Positions 1-10,100 of a DNA stretch of 64,000 bases are shown here, piece after piece. Origin of the DNA: Candidatus Latescibacterota bacterium (lineage in GTDB: Bacteria; Krumholzibacteriota; Krumholzibacteriia; WVZY01; JAKEHA01). The translations under genes were made by a program, and so were the position numbers. The stretch's first letter is position 1; every line of letters starts with the position of its first letter. Under the pieces are notes generated by a model, which saw nothing but the letters and a program-made list of their open reading frames with translations, was not told where the DNA came from and searched no databases. The stretch is from the NCBI GenBank assembly GCA_963707635.1, contig OY970173.1, positions 2,496,001 through 2,560,000 of the forward strand, read 5' to 3'.

Positions 1-1
1 G

Positions 2-232
2 AATCAGCTCGTCGCGTGACACCTCGCGCCCGCGCTCGGCCAGCCGGGCCCGCACCGCGTCGATGTGCTTGAGCACGGCGGGTGTGAGCCGCACTACCAC
101 CTCGACTTCCTTGGCGTCGGGTGAGAGCGGCGAGCGGCCGCGAATCAGCTTCGACACCGTGTCGGAGGCGGCTGCCTCCTTCGCGTCCTCGAACGGGTCG
201 CGCCCCATCGATCGCTTGCGTCGTTCAGGCAC
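2..232 (-). CDS. Small ParA partner, probable ribbon-helix-helix protein (3' end runs off the window)
   Basis: Not in the ORF track. Manual translation from GTG at 232: MPERRKRSMGRDPFEDAKEAAASDTVSKLIRGRSPLSPDAKEVEVVVRLTPAVLKHIDAVRARLAERGREVSRDELI... It overlaps the parA stop and has GGAGG at 245-249. The strand-helix-helix pattern (VVVRL..L..ID...VSRDELI) is RHH-like. Confidence 0.65.
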   Translation of the reverse strand, partial: MPERRKRSMGRDPFEDAKEAAASDTVSKLIRGRSPLSPDAKEVEVVVRLTPAVLKHIDAVRARLAERGREVSRDELI

Positions 233-962
233 GGGACAACACTTCCTCCGTCAACTGGTAGTAGTCGAACGCCCCGCGCGACATGGGCGAATACTCGAAA
301 ATGGTCTGGTTAAAGCTCGGTGCCTCGCGCAGCGACGTATTCACCCGGATCACGGTCTTGAAGACGAGATCCTTGAACCGGTCGCGGAGCGTGTCCAGCA
401 CGTCGATCGACAGTCGGGTGCGCCCGTCGTAGAACGTGGGCAGGATGCCGAGGATCGAGGTCTGGCGCGTCGAATTGTCGTTGATCTCGTCGATGATCTG
501 CATGGTCTGGCGCGCGCCCGCCTGCGCCAGGTAGTCCATGCTCACCGGGATGATCACCTGGTCGGCGTACACGATCGCGTTGATATTGATGAGATTCACC
601 GTCGGCGAGCAGTCGCAGATCACGACGTCGCATCCGCGCAGGTTGCGAAGCGCCATGTCGAGACGCCGCTCGCGGCTGGTGCGCGACGCCAGCACCATCT
701 CGATCTCGGCCAGGTCGCGCCCGCCGGAATCGATGACGAACAGGTTCTGCCGGGCCTCGATCACGTCGACCTCGCCGTACTGGAGCAGGTCGCACAGCGT
801 GCGCTGCCCCTTCAGGTCGAACGCGATGGCCACGTTGCGCTGTGGGTCGCAGTCGACCACCAGCACCTTCATGCCGCACAGGGCCAGCCCATGGGCGAGG
901 TTGATGGCGGTGGTCGTCTTCCCGGTTCCGCCCTTGGACGTGATGATGGCGATCTTCCTCAT
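225..962 (-). CDS. parA: ParA/Soj-family ATPase (orphan, no adjacent parB)
   Basis: MRKIAIITSKGGTGKTTT deviant Walker A, VDCDPQ, ICDCSP, ILPTFYDGRT and LREAPS. ATGA overlap with the upstream gene. Confidence 0.92.
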   Translation of the reverse strand: MRKIAIITSKGGTGKTTTAINLAHGLALCGMKVLVVDCDPQRNVAIAFDLKGQRTLCDLLQYGEVDVIEARQNLFVIDSGGRDLAEIEMVLASRTSRERRLDMALRNLRGCDVVICDCSPTVNLININAIVYADQVIIPVSMDYLAQAGARQTMQIIDEINDNSTRQTSILGILPTFYDGRTRLSIDVLDTLRDRFKDLVFKTVIRVNTSLREAPSFNQTIFEYSPMSRGAFDYYQLTEEVLSRA

Positions 963-3900
963 GCCGCGTCGTCGTCCTCGTCGCCGTCGTCGGCTTGCTC
1001 CTGCTCTGAACCGCCGCGATCGCGCAGCTGCTTGCCGTACTTCTCCCACCCGAGCGCGCGGAGCTTGTGGTCGCGGTCCACGTTTCGGTCTGTCACGGCC
1101 GAGTCGATGTCGAGATCGCCGGGCGTCGCCTCGTCGCCGCCGGCGTCGGCGAACTTGCCGCGGCCGAAGACCGGGGGCTCGTGGGGGGCCTCCGGCGGCG
1201 GACTCCCGTCGCGTGGCGTGCGGATGCTCGGGGCGCTATCCGCCGGTTTCCGGGTCGGCCGGACGGCCGGCGCGTCGGCTGGCCGGCCCGGCAGGGTCGC
1301 CGCACCCGGTCGCTCGCCCAGCACGTCGTCCAGCCCGTCCGCGTGCGTCTCGGGAGCTGCCGGGGCCACCGGCCTGGGCGGCCTGGGCGGCGGGCTGGCG
1401 GCAGGTTCCCCGGGACGCTGCTCGCGCACCGCCGCCACCGCCTCCGCGCGGGTGGCGAAGGCCGAAATGAAGGTCCGAAATTCGAGGCACGCGAACACGT
1501 CGGCCAGGTCGGTCCCCATGCCCGCCAGCGCCACCGCGCCGGTGGCCTCGAACGCGCGCGCGAACTGCCCCCACCCGCTGCTCGAGATGTACTCGACGCG
1601 CGTCAGGTCGAACACGATCGCGCGCGGAGCGCGCGCGAGCTCGCGCGAAAGCTCGTCGGACAAGAGCGACACCGCGGTGGTCTCCACCACGCCCGCGAGC
1701 GTGGCCACGCGCACTCCCTCGTCGCCGTCGCTCCATTCGAGGTCCATCCCCGGCGTGCTCGCGAACGAACGCCCGCGGGCCGTCTCCTCGGCGGCGGCCG
1801 CCGCCGGGGGCTCGTCCGCGATGGGCGCCGCCACGCGCCGGAAATCGTCGATCGCGTCGGCGAACATGTCGAAGGACGCGAGCACGATGTTGAACCCGAG
1901 CATGGTGAACACGTAGTACACGTCGGGGTCCATGCCGAAGAGTTTGATGTCCCCGCCCGCGCGGCGCACCTCGCGCAGGCGCTCGGTGAACACGCCCCAG
2001 CCGCCGCTCGACACGTACTCCACGAACGTCATGTCGACGACGACCCGGTTGCGCCCGCCCGCGAGCACCTGGTCCAGCGCGGCCCGGAGCCGCTCGGCGC
2101 TCACCGTGTCGATGATGCCCTTGAGCTGGAGCACCGCGATCTCTCCGCGTTCGCCGACGGTGGTGGCTTCGATGCGCAGGCTCTGCCATTCCATCGACGC
2201 CCCCGCCGGGGTCCCGCCCGTGTCGATGCCGTGCGACGACGCCATCGTATCGGCGCCCAGGTCGCGCCGGACCGGAGGCGCGCTGACGCGCCGTTGCTCG
2301 GGCGGGAGTGCCAGGTACGCGCGCGCTTCCGCGAGGCCGGGAAACGCACGCAGCACGTCGGCGAACCCGAGCAGCTCGTACACGTCGAACACCTCGGTGG
2401 TCATCCCGCACAGCACGATGTCGCCGCCGTGGTCGCGGAGCCCGCGCACTTCGCCGACGAACAGCCCCCACCCGCCGCTCGACACGTAGGATGTCTCGCC
2501 GAGGTCGACGACGATGCGCAGTGCGCCGGCCACGATCAGGTCATGCAGCTTGCGCTCGAGCGCGGACGAAGACGACGAATCCAGGTGCCCGGCCAGCCGC
2601 ATCTCTGTGATGCCGTCGGACGACGAAACCGCGATGCCCACGCCCTCGACCCGCTCGGTGATCTCGGCCGGGAGCGGCGCGCCGTCCGGCGCGGACGCGG
2701 GGATCGCCGGGGGCGCGACCCCCGGGATCTCGCGCAGGAGGTCGTCGACCAGGTCGCGGCGCGGCGCGGGTATCGGCTCCGCGCCCGGCACCTCGGGCGC
2801 CTCACGCCGCAGGCGGTTGCGGCGCAGGTAGTCGAGGCGGAGGTCTTTGGTATTCAAATTGAGCCGCTTGAGCTCCTCGTACACCATGCGCTCGGAAATG
2901 TGCTGCGACGGGTCACGGTCGCGGTTGTACTCCTCGGTGATGCGCTTGGCACCGAAATCGGGGTTGGCGGCGATGGTGCGGATGATCGCCTTGCGCGCCT
3001 CCAGGCTCACGCGCTTCAAGCTGACGTCGTCGCGCAGGATGTCGTTGCGCAGGCCCCGCTCGCCCATGGTTTCCAGCCGCTTCTTGTACCGGTAGAAGGT
3101 CGCCGGGGAGACCCGCATCTGCTGGCAGGCATCCTTCACACTCATGCCCTGCAACTCGACCATGTCGATCAGCTTCTTGCGAATGTCGAAGAGCACGTCG
3201 TCCGCCGTCATCTTCTCCTTCACCGCCACGACGGTGATGTCGTCGCTCTGCGGGTAATCCAGCGTGAAGCGCTTGATGTCCAGATCCAGCTTGGCGATGA
3301 ATTCCTCGGGCGAGAGGTAGCCGTGGGTCTTCACCATGTCCAGCAGGCGCTCTTCGCCGTACTGCTCGCGGCGCTCGTTCATGGCCTCGGTCACGCCGTC
3401 GGTGTAGATGACGAGCATGTCGTCCTTCTTGAGGCGGACCTTCTCGACGCTGATCGAGCGGCGGAACAGCGATTCGTCCGGCAGGCTGATGCCCACCGGG
3501 AAGCCGCGCGGGTTCAGGAAGAACGTCTCCCGGGTCTCGTGGCGGTAGAGAATCATCGGGTTGTGGCCCGCGCTCGCGTAGCTGATCACGCGGTTCTTGG
3601 AATCCAGAATGACGTAGAACATCGTGACGAACATGCCCTTCTTCATGTCGTCGGTCACGAAGGCGTTCATCTTCGACATCACGTCGCTGGCGTTGCGGTT
3701 GCCGCGGGCCTCCATGCGCAGCGCGGTCCGGATCATGGTCATGACCAGCGAACCCGGCACGCCCTTGCCGGACACGTCGGCGACCACCACCCCGATGGTG
3801 TCGTCGTCGACCTGCACGAAGTCGTAGTAGTCCCCGCCCACCTCGGCCGCGGCCTGGTAGAGCGGCGCGATGTCGTAGCCGCTGATCTGCGGGCGGCGCC

Positions 3901-5215
3901 GCGGGAGCAACGACTGCTGGATCTGCTTCGCGACCTCGATCTCCTTCTGCATCTTCTCCTGCTCGAGAATCGACGTCTGCGCCTTGCGGAACTTCTCGGT
4001 GATCTCGTTGAACACACCGGCGATGGCGCCGATTTCGGCCGGACCCCGGATGTCGAGCTTGCCCTCCAGGTTGCCGTCGCCGATCGCGCGCACGCCGTCG
4101 GTGAGCACCTGGATCGGCCGCACGAAGACCTGCACCAGCCCGATGACGAGCACGAGGCCGACTGCGAAAGTCGCCAGCAGGAGCAGCGACGTCTGCAGCC
4201 GCGTGTCCCGGATGGCGGCGCTCACGGCGTCCTCGTACACGCCGAGGTGGAGCCGCCCGATTTCGAACGAGCGTCCAGCCTCCCCCTCCACCGTCACCGC
4301 CACCGCGACGTCGCGGACGTCCTGATCGCCCTGGCGGTGGCGCGACCACGAGATCGCGCCGTCTTCGAGCAGCAGCTTGCCGGCCGGGGCCTGGTAGGGC
4401 TGGAACACTTCGTCGATCTGTCCGGACGCGCGAATATTGCCGGTCGCGTCAACCAGCCGCACGTAGGCCACCTCGTTCGAGCGCGCGACGAGCTTCGAAA
4501 GCTCCGCGGTCAAGTTCGTCTGCTCGATCGAGAACTCGCTCGGGTCGGTCAGCACGGGGAGGCTTCGACTCCCGAGGCTCTCCGCCAGCCGCCGTTTCTC
4601 GACCCACTGGTTCGCGCGCTGGGCCCCGATGTCGCGCGTCTGCCGGAGGAACACGAATCCCCACAGCACCGCCATCAGCAGGAACAGGCCCCCGCTGGCG
4701 CGCACCATGAACTTGAAGCGGAGCGTGCCGCGCAGCGGCATCTTCTCGGGGAGCACCGCGGCCGAGAACGCCGCCTGGCTGCGCTTGGTCAGGATGAGCT
4801 CGTTGCCCGCGTCGGTGGTGCGGTACTCGACCCCGTCCATCAGGCGGTTGATGAGGAATACGCCGAGCCCGCCCTTGCGCCCGGTCTCGACGTACTGGTC
4901 GAGGTCGGGGTCCTTGACGCTCGAGAAGTCGAAGTTCCGGCCCCGGTCCTTCAGGTGGATGCGCACGCGGCCGGAATCGATCTCGGCCACAACGGTGATA
5001 TCGCCGCCGGCCGTCTCGTACGCGTGCTTGATGATGTTGGTGCAGGCCTCGTCGACGGCGAGCTTGGTGTTCGAGACCTCGCGCGGGCTGAAGCCCGCGT
5101 CCTCGCACACCTCCACCACGAAGTCGCGAACCCGCCCCAGCTGCCCTTCCTCCGCCGCGACCGTGAGGTCGCGGACGTTGGGCTTCCGCTCCAGCATCGC
5201 CGCCGCGCGCGCCAT
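959..5215 (-). CDS. Membrane-anchored all-in-one partner-switching protein: RsbW-like HATPase - TM - extracytoplasmic domain - TM - HAMP - SpoIIE/RsbU PP2C - HTH - 3x STAS
   Basis: Kinase motifs LAVDEACTNIIKHAY, DRG and GGLGVFLI. Two hydrophobic TM segments. HAMP (RPIQVL...EIGAIAGVFNEI). PP2C motifs VGGDYYD, ADVSGKG, SAGH, YTDG and DDIT. HTH SVKDACQQMRVSPATFYRYKKR. Three STAS repeats with Y(V/I)SS(G/S)GWG. Start may be 5197. Confidence 0.9.
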   Translation of the reverse strand: MARAAAMLERKPNVRDLTVAAEEGQLGRVRDFVVEVCEDAGFSPREVSNTKLAVDEACTNIIKHAYETAGGDITVVAEIDSGRVRIHLKDRGRNFDFSSVKDPDLDQYVETGRKGGLGVFLINRLMDGVEYRTTDAGNELILTKRSQAAFSAAVLPEKMPLRGTLRFKFMVRASGGLFLLMAVLWGFVFLRQTRDIGAQRANQWVEKRRLAESLGSRSLPVLTDPSEFSIEQTNLTAELSKLVARSNEVAYVRLVDATGNIRASGQIDEVFQPYQAPAGKLLLEDGAISWSRHRQGDQDVRDVAVAVTVEGEAGRSFEIGRLHLGVYEDAVSAAIRDTRLQTSLLLLATFAVGLVLVIGLVQVFVRPIQVLTDGVRAIGDGNLEGKLDIRGPAEIGAIAGVFNEITEKFRKAQTSILEQEKMQKEIEVAKQIQQSLLPRRRPQISGYDIAPLYQAAAEVGGDYYDFVQVDDDTIGVVVADVSGKGVPGSLVMTMIRTALRMEARGNRNASDVMSKMNAFVTDDMKKGMFVTMFYVILDSKNRVISYASAGHNPMILYRHETRETFFLNPRGFPVGISLPDESLFRRSISVEKVRLKKDDMLVIYTDGVTEAMNERREQYGEERLLDMVKTHGYLSPEEFIAKLDLDIKRFTLDYPQSDDITVVAVKEKMTADDVLFDIRKKLIDMVELQGMSVKDACQQMRVSPATFYRYKKRLETMGERGLRNDILRDDVSLKRVSLEARKAIIRTIAANPDFGAKRITEEYNRDRDPSQHISERMVYEELKRLNLNTKDLRLDYLRRNRLRREAPEVPGAEPIPAPRRDLVDDLLREIPGVAPPAIPASAPDGAPLPAEITERVEGVGIAVSSSDGITEMRLAGHLDSSSSSALERKLHDLIVAGALRIVVDLGETSYVSSGGWGLFVGEVRGLRDHGGDIVLCGMTTEVFDVYELLGFADVLRAFPGLAEARAYLALPPEQRRVSAPPVRRDLGADTMASSHGIDTGGTPAGASMEWQSLRIEATTVGERGEIAVLQLKGIIDTVSAERLRAALDQVLAGGRNRVVVDMTFVEYVSSGGWGVFTERLREVRRAGGDIKLFGMDPDVYYVFTMLGFNIVLASFDMFADAIDDFRRVAAPIADEPPAAAAAEETARGRSFASTPGMDLEWSDGDEGVRVATLAGVVETTAVSLLSDELSRELARAPRAIVFDLTRVEYISSSGWGQFARAFEATGAVALAGMGTDLADVFACLEFRTFISAFATRAEAVAAVREQRPGEPAASPPPRPPRPVAPAAPETHADGLDDVLGERPGAATLPGRPADAPAVRPTRKPADSAPSIRTPRDGSPPPEAPHEPPVFGRGKFADAGGDEATPGDLDIDSAVTDRNVDRDHKLRALGWEKYGKQLRDRGGSEQEQADDGDEDDDAA

Positions 5216-5217
5216 GG

Positions 5218-7101
5218 CTAGCGCTGCCCCTCGACCTTGCGCACGCGCTCGCGCGCCTCCTCGATGGACCGCTGGACGCTTTCGTTGGTGGGATCGATCT
5301 CGAGGATCTTCTCCCATTCCGCGATCGCCTGCGCGTACTGGTCCCTGGAGAAGAACTGCATGCCGGCCAGGTAGAGCTCGCGCACCCGCGACTTCTCGGC
5401 GTCGGTGAGCGGCGTGGTGCGCCGCTTGGTCAACGCCATGAGTTTCTTGGCGTCGGCGTGGTCGGGCTGCAGAGTCAGGAGCTCGCGCAGGTCGGTCATG
5501 GCGCCCTGGTAGTTGCCAGCGTTGTACTTGGTGAGCGCGTCGTTATACAGCGTGACGATGCGGAGCTTGCGCTGCGAGGCCGCGTAGTCCTGGCTAACCG
5601 ACTCGATCTGCTTGCGGATGCGCGCGATCGACGTGCGGGCATTCGCGTTGTCCGGTTCGTATTGCTGCACGTTGTTCCACTCCGCGATCGCCTCGGTCAG
5701 GCGGCCGTCGCGTTCTAGCTGCTGCGCGCGTTCGGAGTGCGCACGGATCCGCTCGTTGATCTTCGCATTGGTTTGATCCAGGTAGTCGTGGGCGCCCACG
5801 TTGAGCGAATCGATCGCGAGGATCGCGTGCCACTCGGTGCGCGCGCCGATCATGTCGCCCTCGTTGAACAGGTCGAGCCCGCGGGCGAAGCGCGTGCGAA
5901 TCACGGCCTGGTTCCCCAGGTCCCGCACCGCCGCCGCCTGCTGGGCCAGCACCTGCTCGCGCGCCGCGTCGCGGGCCGCGGCCGCCTCCGCGTCGTCGGG
6001 CACGAATTCGAGGACGATCAGCCACTGGTTGAGGGCTCCGGCCCAGTCGTCGCTCGCCTCGAGCGCGCGCGCCTTCTCGCGGTGGGCGTTGATTCGCGTC
6101 TCGAAGGTGCGCTGGATGAGCAGCCGCTCGTCCTCGGCGCGCTGCGCCTCGATCGCCTCGCGCTTCTCGTCGAGGGTCTGGCCGAAGCGGCCGGTGAAGG
6201 TCACGGCCTGGTTCGAACCGCTCTCGTCACGCGAGTAGAATGCATAATCCACGCCGTAGTTGAACGCCCCCACGCCGAGCCCGAACGTGGGCGTGTCGTC
6301 GTCGAATCCGACCCGCAGCGCGACCAGCCGCGAGAACACGTACTCGGCGCCGGCGTGGAAGCGCCCGTCGGCACGCTCCGGGAGATCGTACTGCAGCATG
6401 AGCCGGAGCGCGGACCCGTTGTCGAACCTGCGCGTGTACCCGGCGCCGGCCAGGATGGTTCGATCAACCGTGTCGTCCTCGAGGTCGAGCTTGTACTGGG
6501 CGCCCACGATGTCCTGCAGGTTCACTCCCAGGGAAAGCGATCGCGCCCCGTCGGGTATGTAGCGGAAGCCGATGTCGACGCCGGGCGCCGTGCTGCTGAA
6601 CGGATCCACCTGCTGGCGGCTGATCTTGAAGGTCGCCCCCGCGGCCAGATTCCCGAACATCCACCCGAAATGGCGCTCGGCCGCGTAGGAGATGAGGAAC
6701 TGGCTCTCGCTGGCGTTACCTTCGCCGAGCGGGCGGCTGAACTCGTCGTACAGATCAAAGGTGGTGCCGACGTTCATGTAGCCCACGCCGAATGCGCCCG
6801 CCGAGAGGGTCGGGTAGACGAAGCCGAAGTAGGTATAGCCCGCCCCGGTGAACTCCCCGTAGAGCGGCATGTACATCGCCATGAACTGCATCGACTGCAC
6901 GTTGCGCAACGACGCCGGGTTCCAGTACACCGAGCTGGCGTCGTCGGCGAGGCTCACGAATGCCCCGCCGAGACCGATCCCACGCGACCCGGCGCCCAGC
7001 TTGAACGTGCTCGCGGTGCCGCCGTCCTGCGCGAAGGTGGGCGTCGTCAGCGCGACGAGCGCGGCGAGCAGCGCAACGATCACAACGCTCTGGTTTCTCA
7101 C
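5218..7101 (-). CDS. PorV/PorP-like outer-membrane barrel with C-terminal TPR repeats
   Basis: GTG start overlaps the giant-gene stop. Signal peptide (...TPTFA|Q). GAGSRGIGLGGAFVSLADDASSVYWNPA motif typical of PorV/FadL-like barrels. C-terminal helical repeats such as AIAEWEKILEIDPTN. Confidence 0.8.
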   Translation of the reverse strand: MRNQSVVIVALLAALVALTTPTFAQDGGTASTFKLGAGSRGIGLGGAFVSLADDASSVYWNPASLRNVQSMQFMAMYMPLYGEFTGAGYTYFGFVYPTLSAGAFGVGYMNVGTTFDLYDEFSRPLGEGNASESQFLISYAAERHFGWMFGNLAAGATFKISRQQVDPFSSTAPGVDIGFRYIPDGARSLSLGVNLQDIVGAQYKLDLEDDTVDRTILAGAGYTRRFDNGSALRLMLQYDLPERADGRFHAGAEYVFSRLVALRVGFDDDTPTFGLGVGAFNYGVDYAFYSRDESGSNQAVTFTGRFGQTLDEKREAIEAQRAEDERLLIQRTFETRINAHREKARALEASDDWAGALNQWLIVLEFVPDDAEAAAARDAAREQVLAQQAAAVRDLGNQAVIRTRFARGLDLFNEGDMIGARTEWHAILAIDSLNVGAHDYLDQTNAKINERIRAHSERAQQLERDGRLTEAIAEWNNVQQYEPDNANARTSIARIRKQIESVSQDYAASQRKLRIVTLYNDALTKYNAGNYQGAMTDLRELLTLQPDHADAKKLMALTKRRTTPLTDAEKSRVRELYLAGMQFFSRDQYAQAIAEWEKILEIDPTNESVQRSIEEARERVRKVEGQR

Positions 7102-10100
7102 TTCGCCACCGCGATTCGGAACTTGGCCGACTTCGAGCCCGCGTTCAGCACGCACACGTAGACGCCGTTGCGCACGACTTCGCCCTGACCGTTGCGGCCG
7201 TCCCAGGTCGTCTCCTGCGGCCCGGCCTGGGCGCGCGCGTCGCCCGAGGGAATCGTCTCTTCGTACACCAGGTCCCCGGTCAGCGCATAGATCTTGAGCG
7301 AGACGTCCGCCGGAGCGTCGAGGAAGTACGCGATTCGCGTCGCCTGCGATCCGGCGCGGAACGGATTCGGATAATTGTGCGTGTACTCCTGGAAGTTCCC
7401 GCTCAACACCACCAGCGATTGCGAGGTGACCTGCCCGTCGAGCGGCTGTCCCTGCGCATCGGTCACCCCGAGCGGGAGCGTCGAGGCCGGGTCTCGAACC
7501 ACCAGGCCACCCGATCGCACTCCCACACGAATCTCCGTCTCGCGCGGCTGCGCGTCCAGATCCAGCGCCACCACCGCGTTGACCGACGCGTTGGGCGCGA
7601 TCGTGCGATCCGCGCCCCCACCCAGGAGCGAGACCACGATCGGGTTGGTGGCGGGACTGGTGACCACGTAGGGCTGCGCACCGCCGAGGTCGATCTGGAG
7701 CCGCGCGAGCGTCGCCCCCACCGAAGCGGCCGAGAGCGGCTGGCCGTTCTTGCCGATCACGGTGATCGCAATGGTGTCGATCTGGGCATCGTTCACGCTG
7801 GGGTCGCTCGCGTTGTACGCGATCTCGACGCCCAGGAGGGTCACGTCGGCCGCGCCCGCGGGCACCACGCCGGTATTGATCCCGAGACTCTGCGACACGT
7901 TGCGCACCGCCACCGCGGCGCCTTCGGTCACCATGGCGATATTCGCGGTCCCGTTCGCCACCTGGGCGGGAAGACCGCTGTTTTCGTCGGCGGGGACGGC
8001 GGAGATCGTCACCGCGATCTGGTCGGGCCCGGACGGCTGCAGCGCGGCGTTGACATCCCACGCCACCGGTGTGCCCACCACGAACGGCTTCGCGACGGTT
8101 TCTCCACCCGCGAGCGTGTACCCGGGCGGGAGGCCGATCGAGAGCTGCCCGCCGGCCGCCACGCCCGCCGCGCCGGCTGCATTGGTCACGTTCGCCGTGA
8201 CCGTGAACGGAACCCCCACGCCGACCGCGTTGTCCGTGGCCTCCGGTGGCGCGGTCACACTCGCCGCCACCGAGAGCGAGGCGCGCGGCACCGTCGTGAC
8301 GGCGACCGTGTCCGCGACGGAAGGCACCGGGTTCTGCGAGTTCTCGTCGATACCCGCGAAGGTCACGACCGCGTCCGCCGCGCTCGCCGGCAGGCCGGGC
8401 GCAATCACGCTATACGTCACCGACAACACGCCGCCAGTTCCGTCGCCAAGGTCCCGCACCGGCCCCCCACTCGTCACGATATACCCCGCGGGCAGTGCCA
8501 GCGTGGCGGTAACGTTGTCCGTCGTCGAGGTCGCGGTCACTGCCGCCCGCAACGAGAAGGTCTGGCCCACGCTCACCGTGTCGTCCACCGCACCCGCCGG
8601 ACTGGTCGCCGACAGGCTCGGAGCCGAGAGCGCGCCGCCCGTCGCCACCGTGATCGACACCTGGTCGTCCGGCTGCGACGAGAATGCCGGCGCCGCCAGA
8701 TTGACGTCGTCAGGCGTGGTCGTGAGCGTGCATGTGAAAGCGACGGCCGCCTGCGGCGCCGCCGGCGCGGTCACCGTCCAGTCGATCGCAACGCCCGCGC
8801 TAAACGCCTGCACGGGCGATTCCAGCACCGAGAACCCGGACGGGCTCGTCAGCTTCACGTCAGCCGCACCGGCGAGGCTCGCCTGACCCGCGTTCGTCAC
8901 CAGGCCCGTCACCGTGAAGGTCTGATTCGGGCTCACCACCCCGCCTACGGCGGAGCTGGTCAGCGACAACACCAGGTCGGCGCGTCGCTGCGTCACCACC
9001 AGGTAGGTGTTGTCGACCGGGGGCTGCGGAATCACCGGCTGCCCGGAGTTGTGCGACACCACCCCGGATAGGATCGAGGAAGTGAACGTCTCGAGCGCCG
9101 CGGGCGCCGCCGGTGCGGTCACGCGGAACACGAAGGTGTGGCTCTCGTCCACGGCGATCGACTGGCGGCGCAGGCTCGCGGGCGCGACGCTCGACGCGCC
9201 GTCCTTGGCCAGCGACACCCGCACACTGTCCACGTCCTCGCCGCTGTTCTGGACGGTCACGTGGATCTCGTACGCGAAGCCGGTATTGACCGTGTCGCGA
9301 TTGGCGGTCGCGTGGTTGAAGGTCCCGAAGCCGGTAGTCGCGAGAATCGCGAGGCCGGCGACCTCCTGCACGCGCACGGTGGTGGCCCCGGCGTCGGAGA
9401 GTGCGATCGTCGGGTCGTTGCGGTCGTTGCCGCGCGCCCCCAGTGCGATGTCGACCAGCCCGGTGTCGCTCCCGGTCACGATCACGCTGTATACGAGCGA
9501 GTCCACCGCGCCTCCCGGCAGGCGCCAGGCCGGCGCGCCCGAGCCGAACGCCGTCGGCGGCTGAACCACGTAGTCGATCTTCGTGGCTCCCGCGATGGAG
9601 AAGGCGACGTCGGCCGCGACCGGCGGCGTCAGGTCCGCGCTCGCCTGTCCCGTATTCCGGAGCGCCACGACGATGTTCCACGGGTTCGACTGTCCCTGGG
9701 TCACGGACGCCTGCGACGGCCGCACGCTGGTGATGTCGAGCACCGCCGGCGACTGGATCGCGACGGGTGCAGTCGCATCGAGGGGAGGATTGTTCAGCGC
9801 CACGAGGTTGCTCTGCGCCGAGTTCTCGTCAACGGCGGATACGAGCGTGGTCGTGAAGGTCTCCAGCGTCGACGACGTCGCCGACGCCGTCACCGGCCAG
9901 GCGTACGCCACGGTCTGCCCGGCGGCGACCTCCGCGATCGGAGACACCGGCTGTATCGTGCTGAGCCCATCCGTCGCCATGCCGACCACGACGTCGCGCG
10001 CGTCCGCCTGACCGGTGTTCTGCACCTGCAGGATCACGTCGAAGGCCTGGCTTTCGTTCACGGCGACCGGATTCGGGGCCGCGACGGTCGTGGTGGTGAT

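Noticed and set aside
225..962. Chromosomal parAB/parS locus
   Set aside because: The downstream gene is not ParB-like beyond its N-terminal peptide, and I saw no parS palindrome or origin-linked genes.
2830..3190. Intact IS element suggested by the transposase-like HTH
   Set aside because: No DDE domain, inverted repeats or target duplication. It is in frame within a larger protein.
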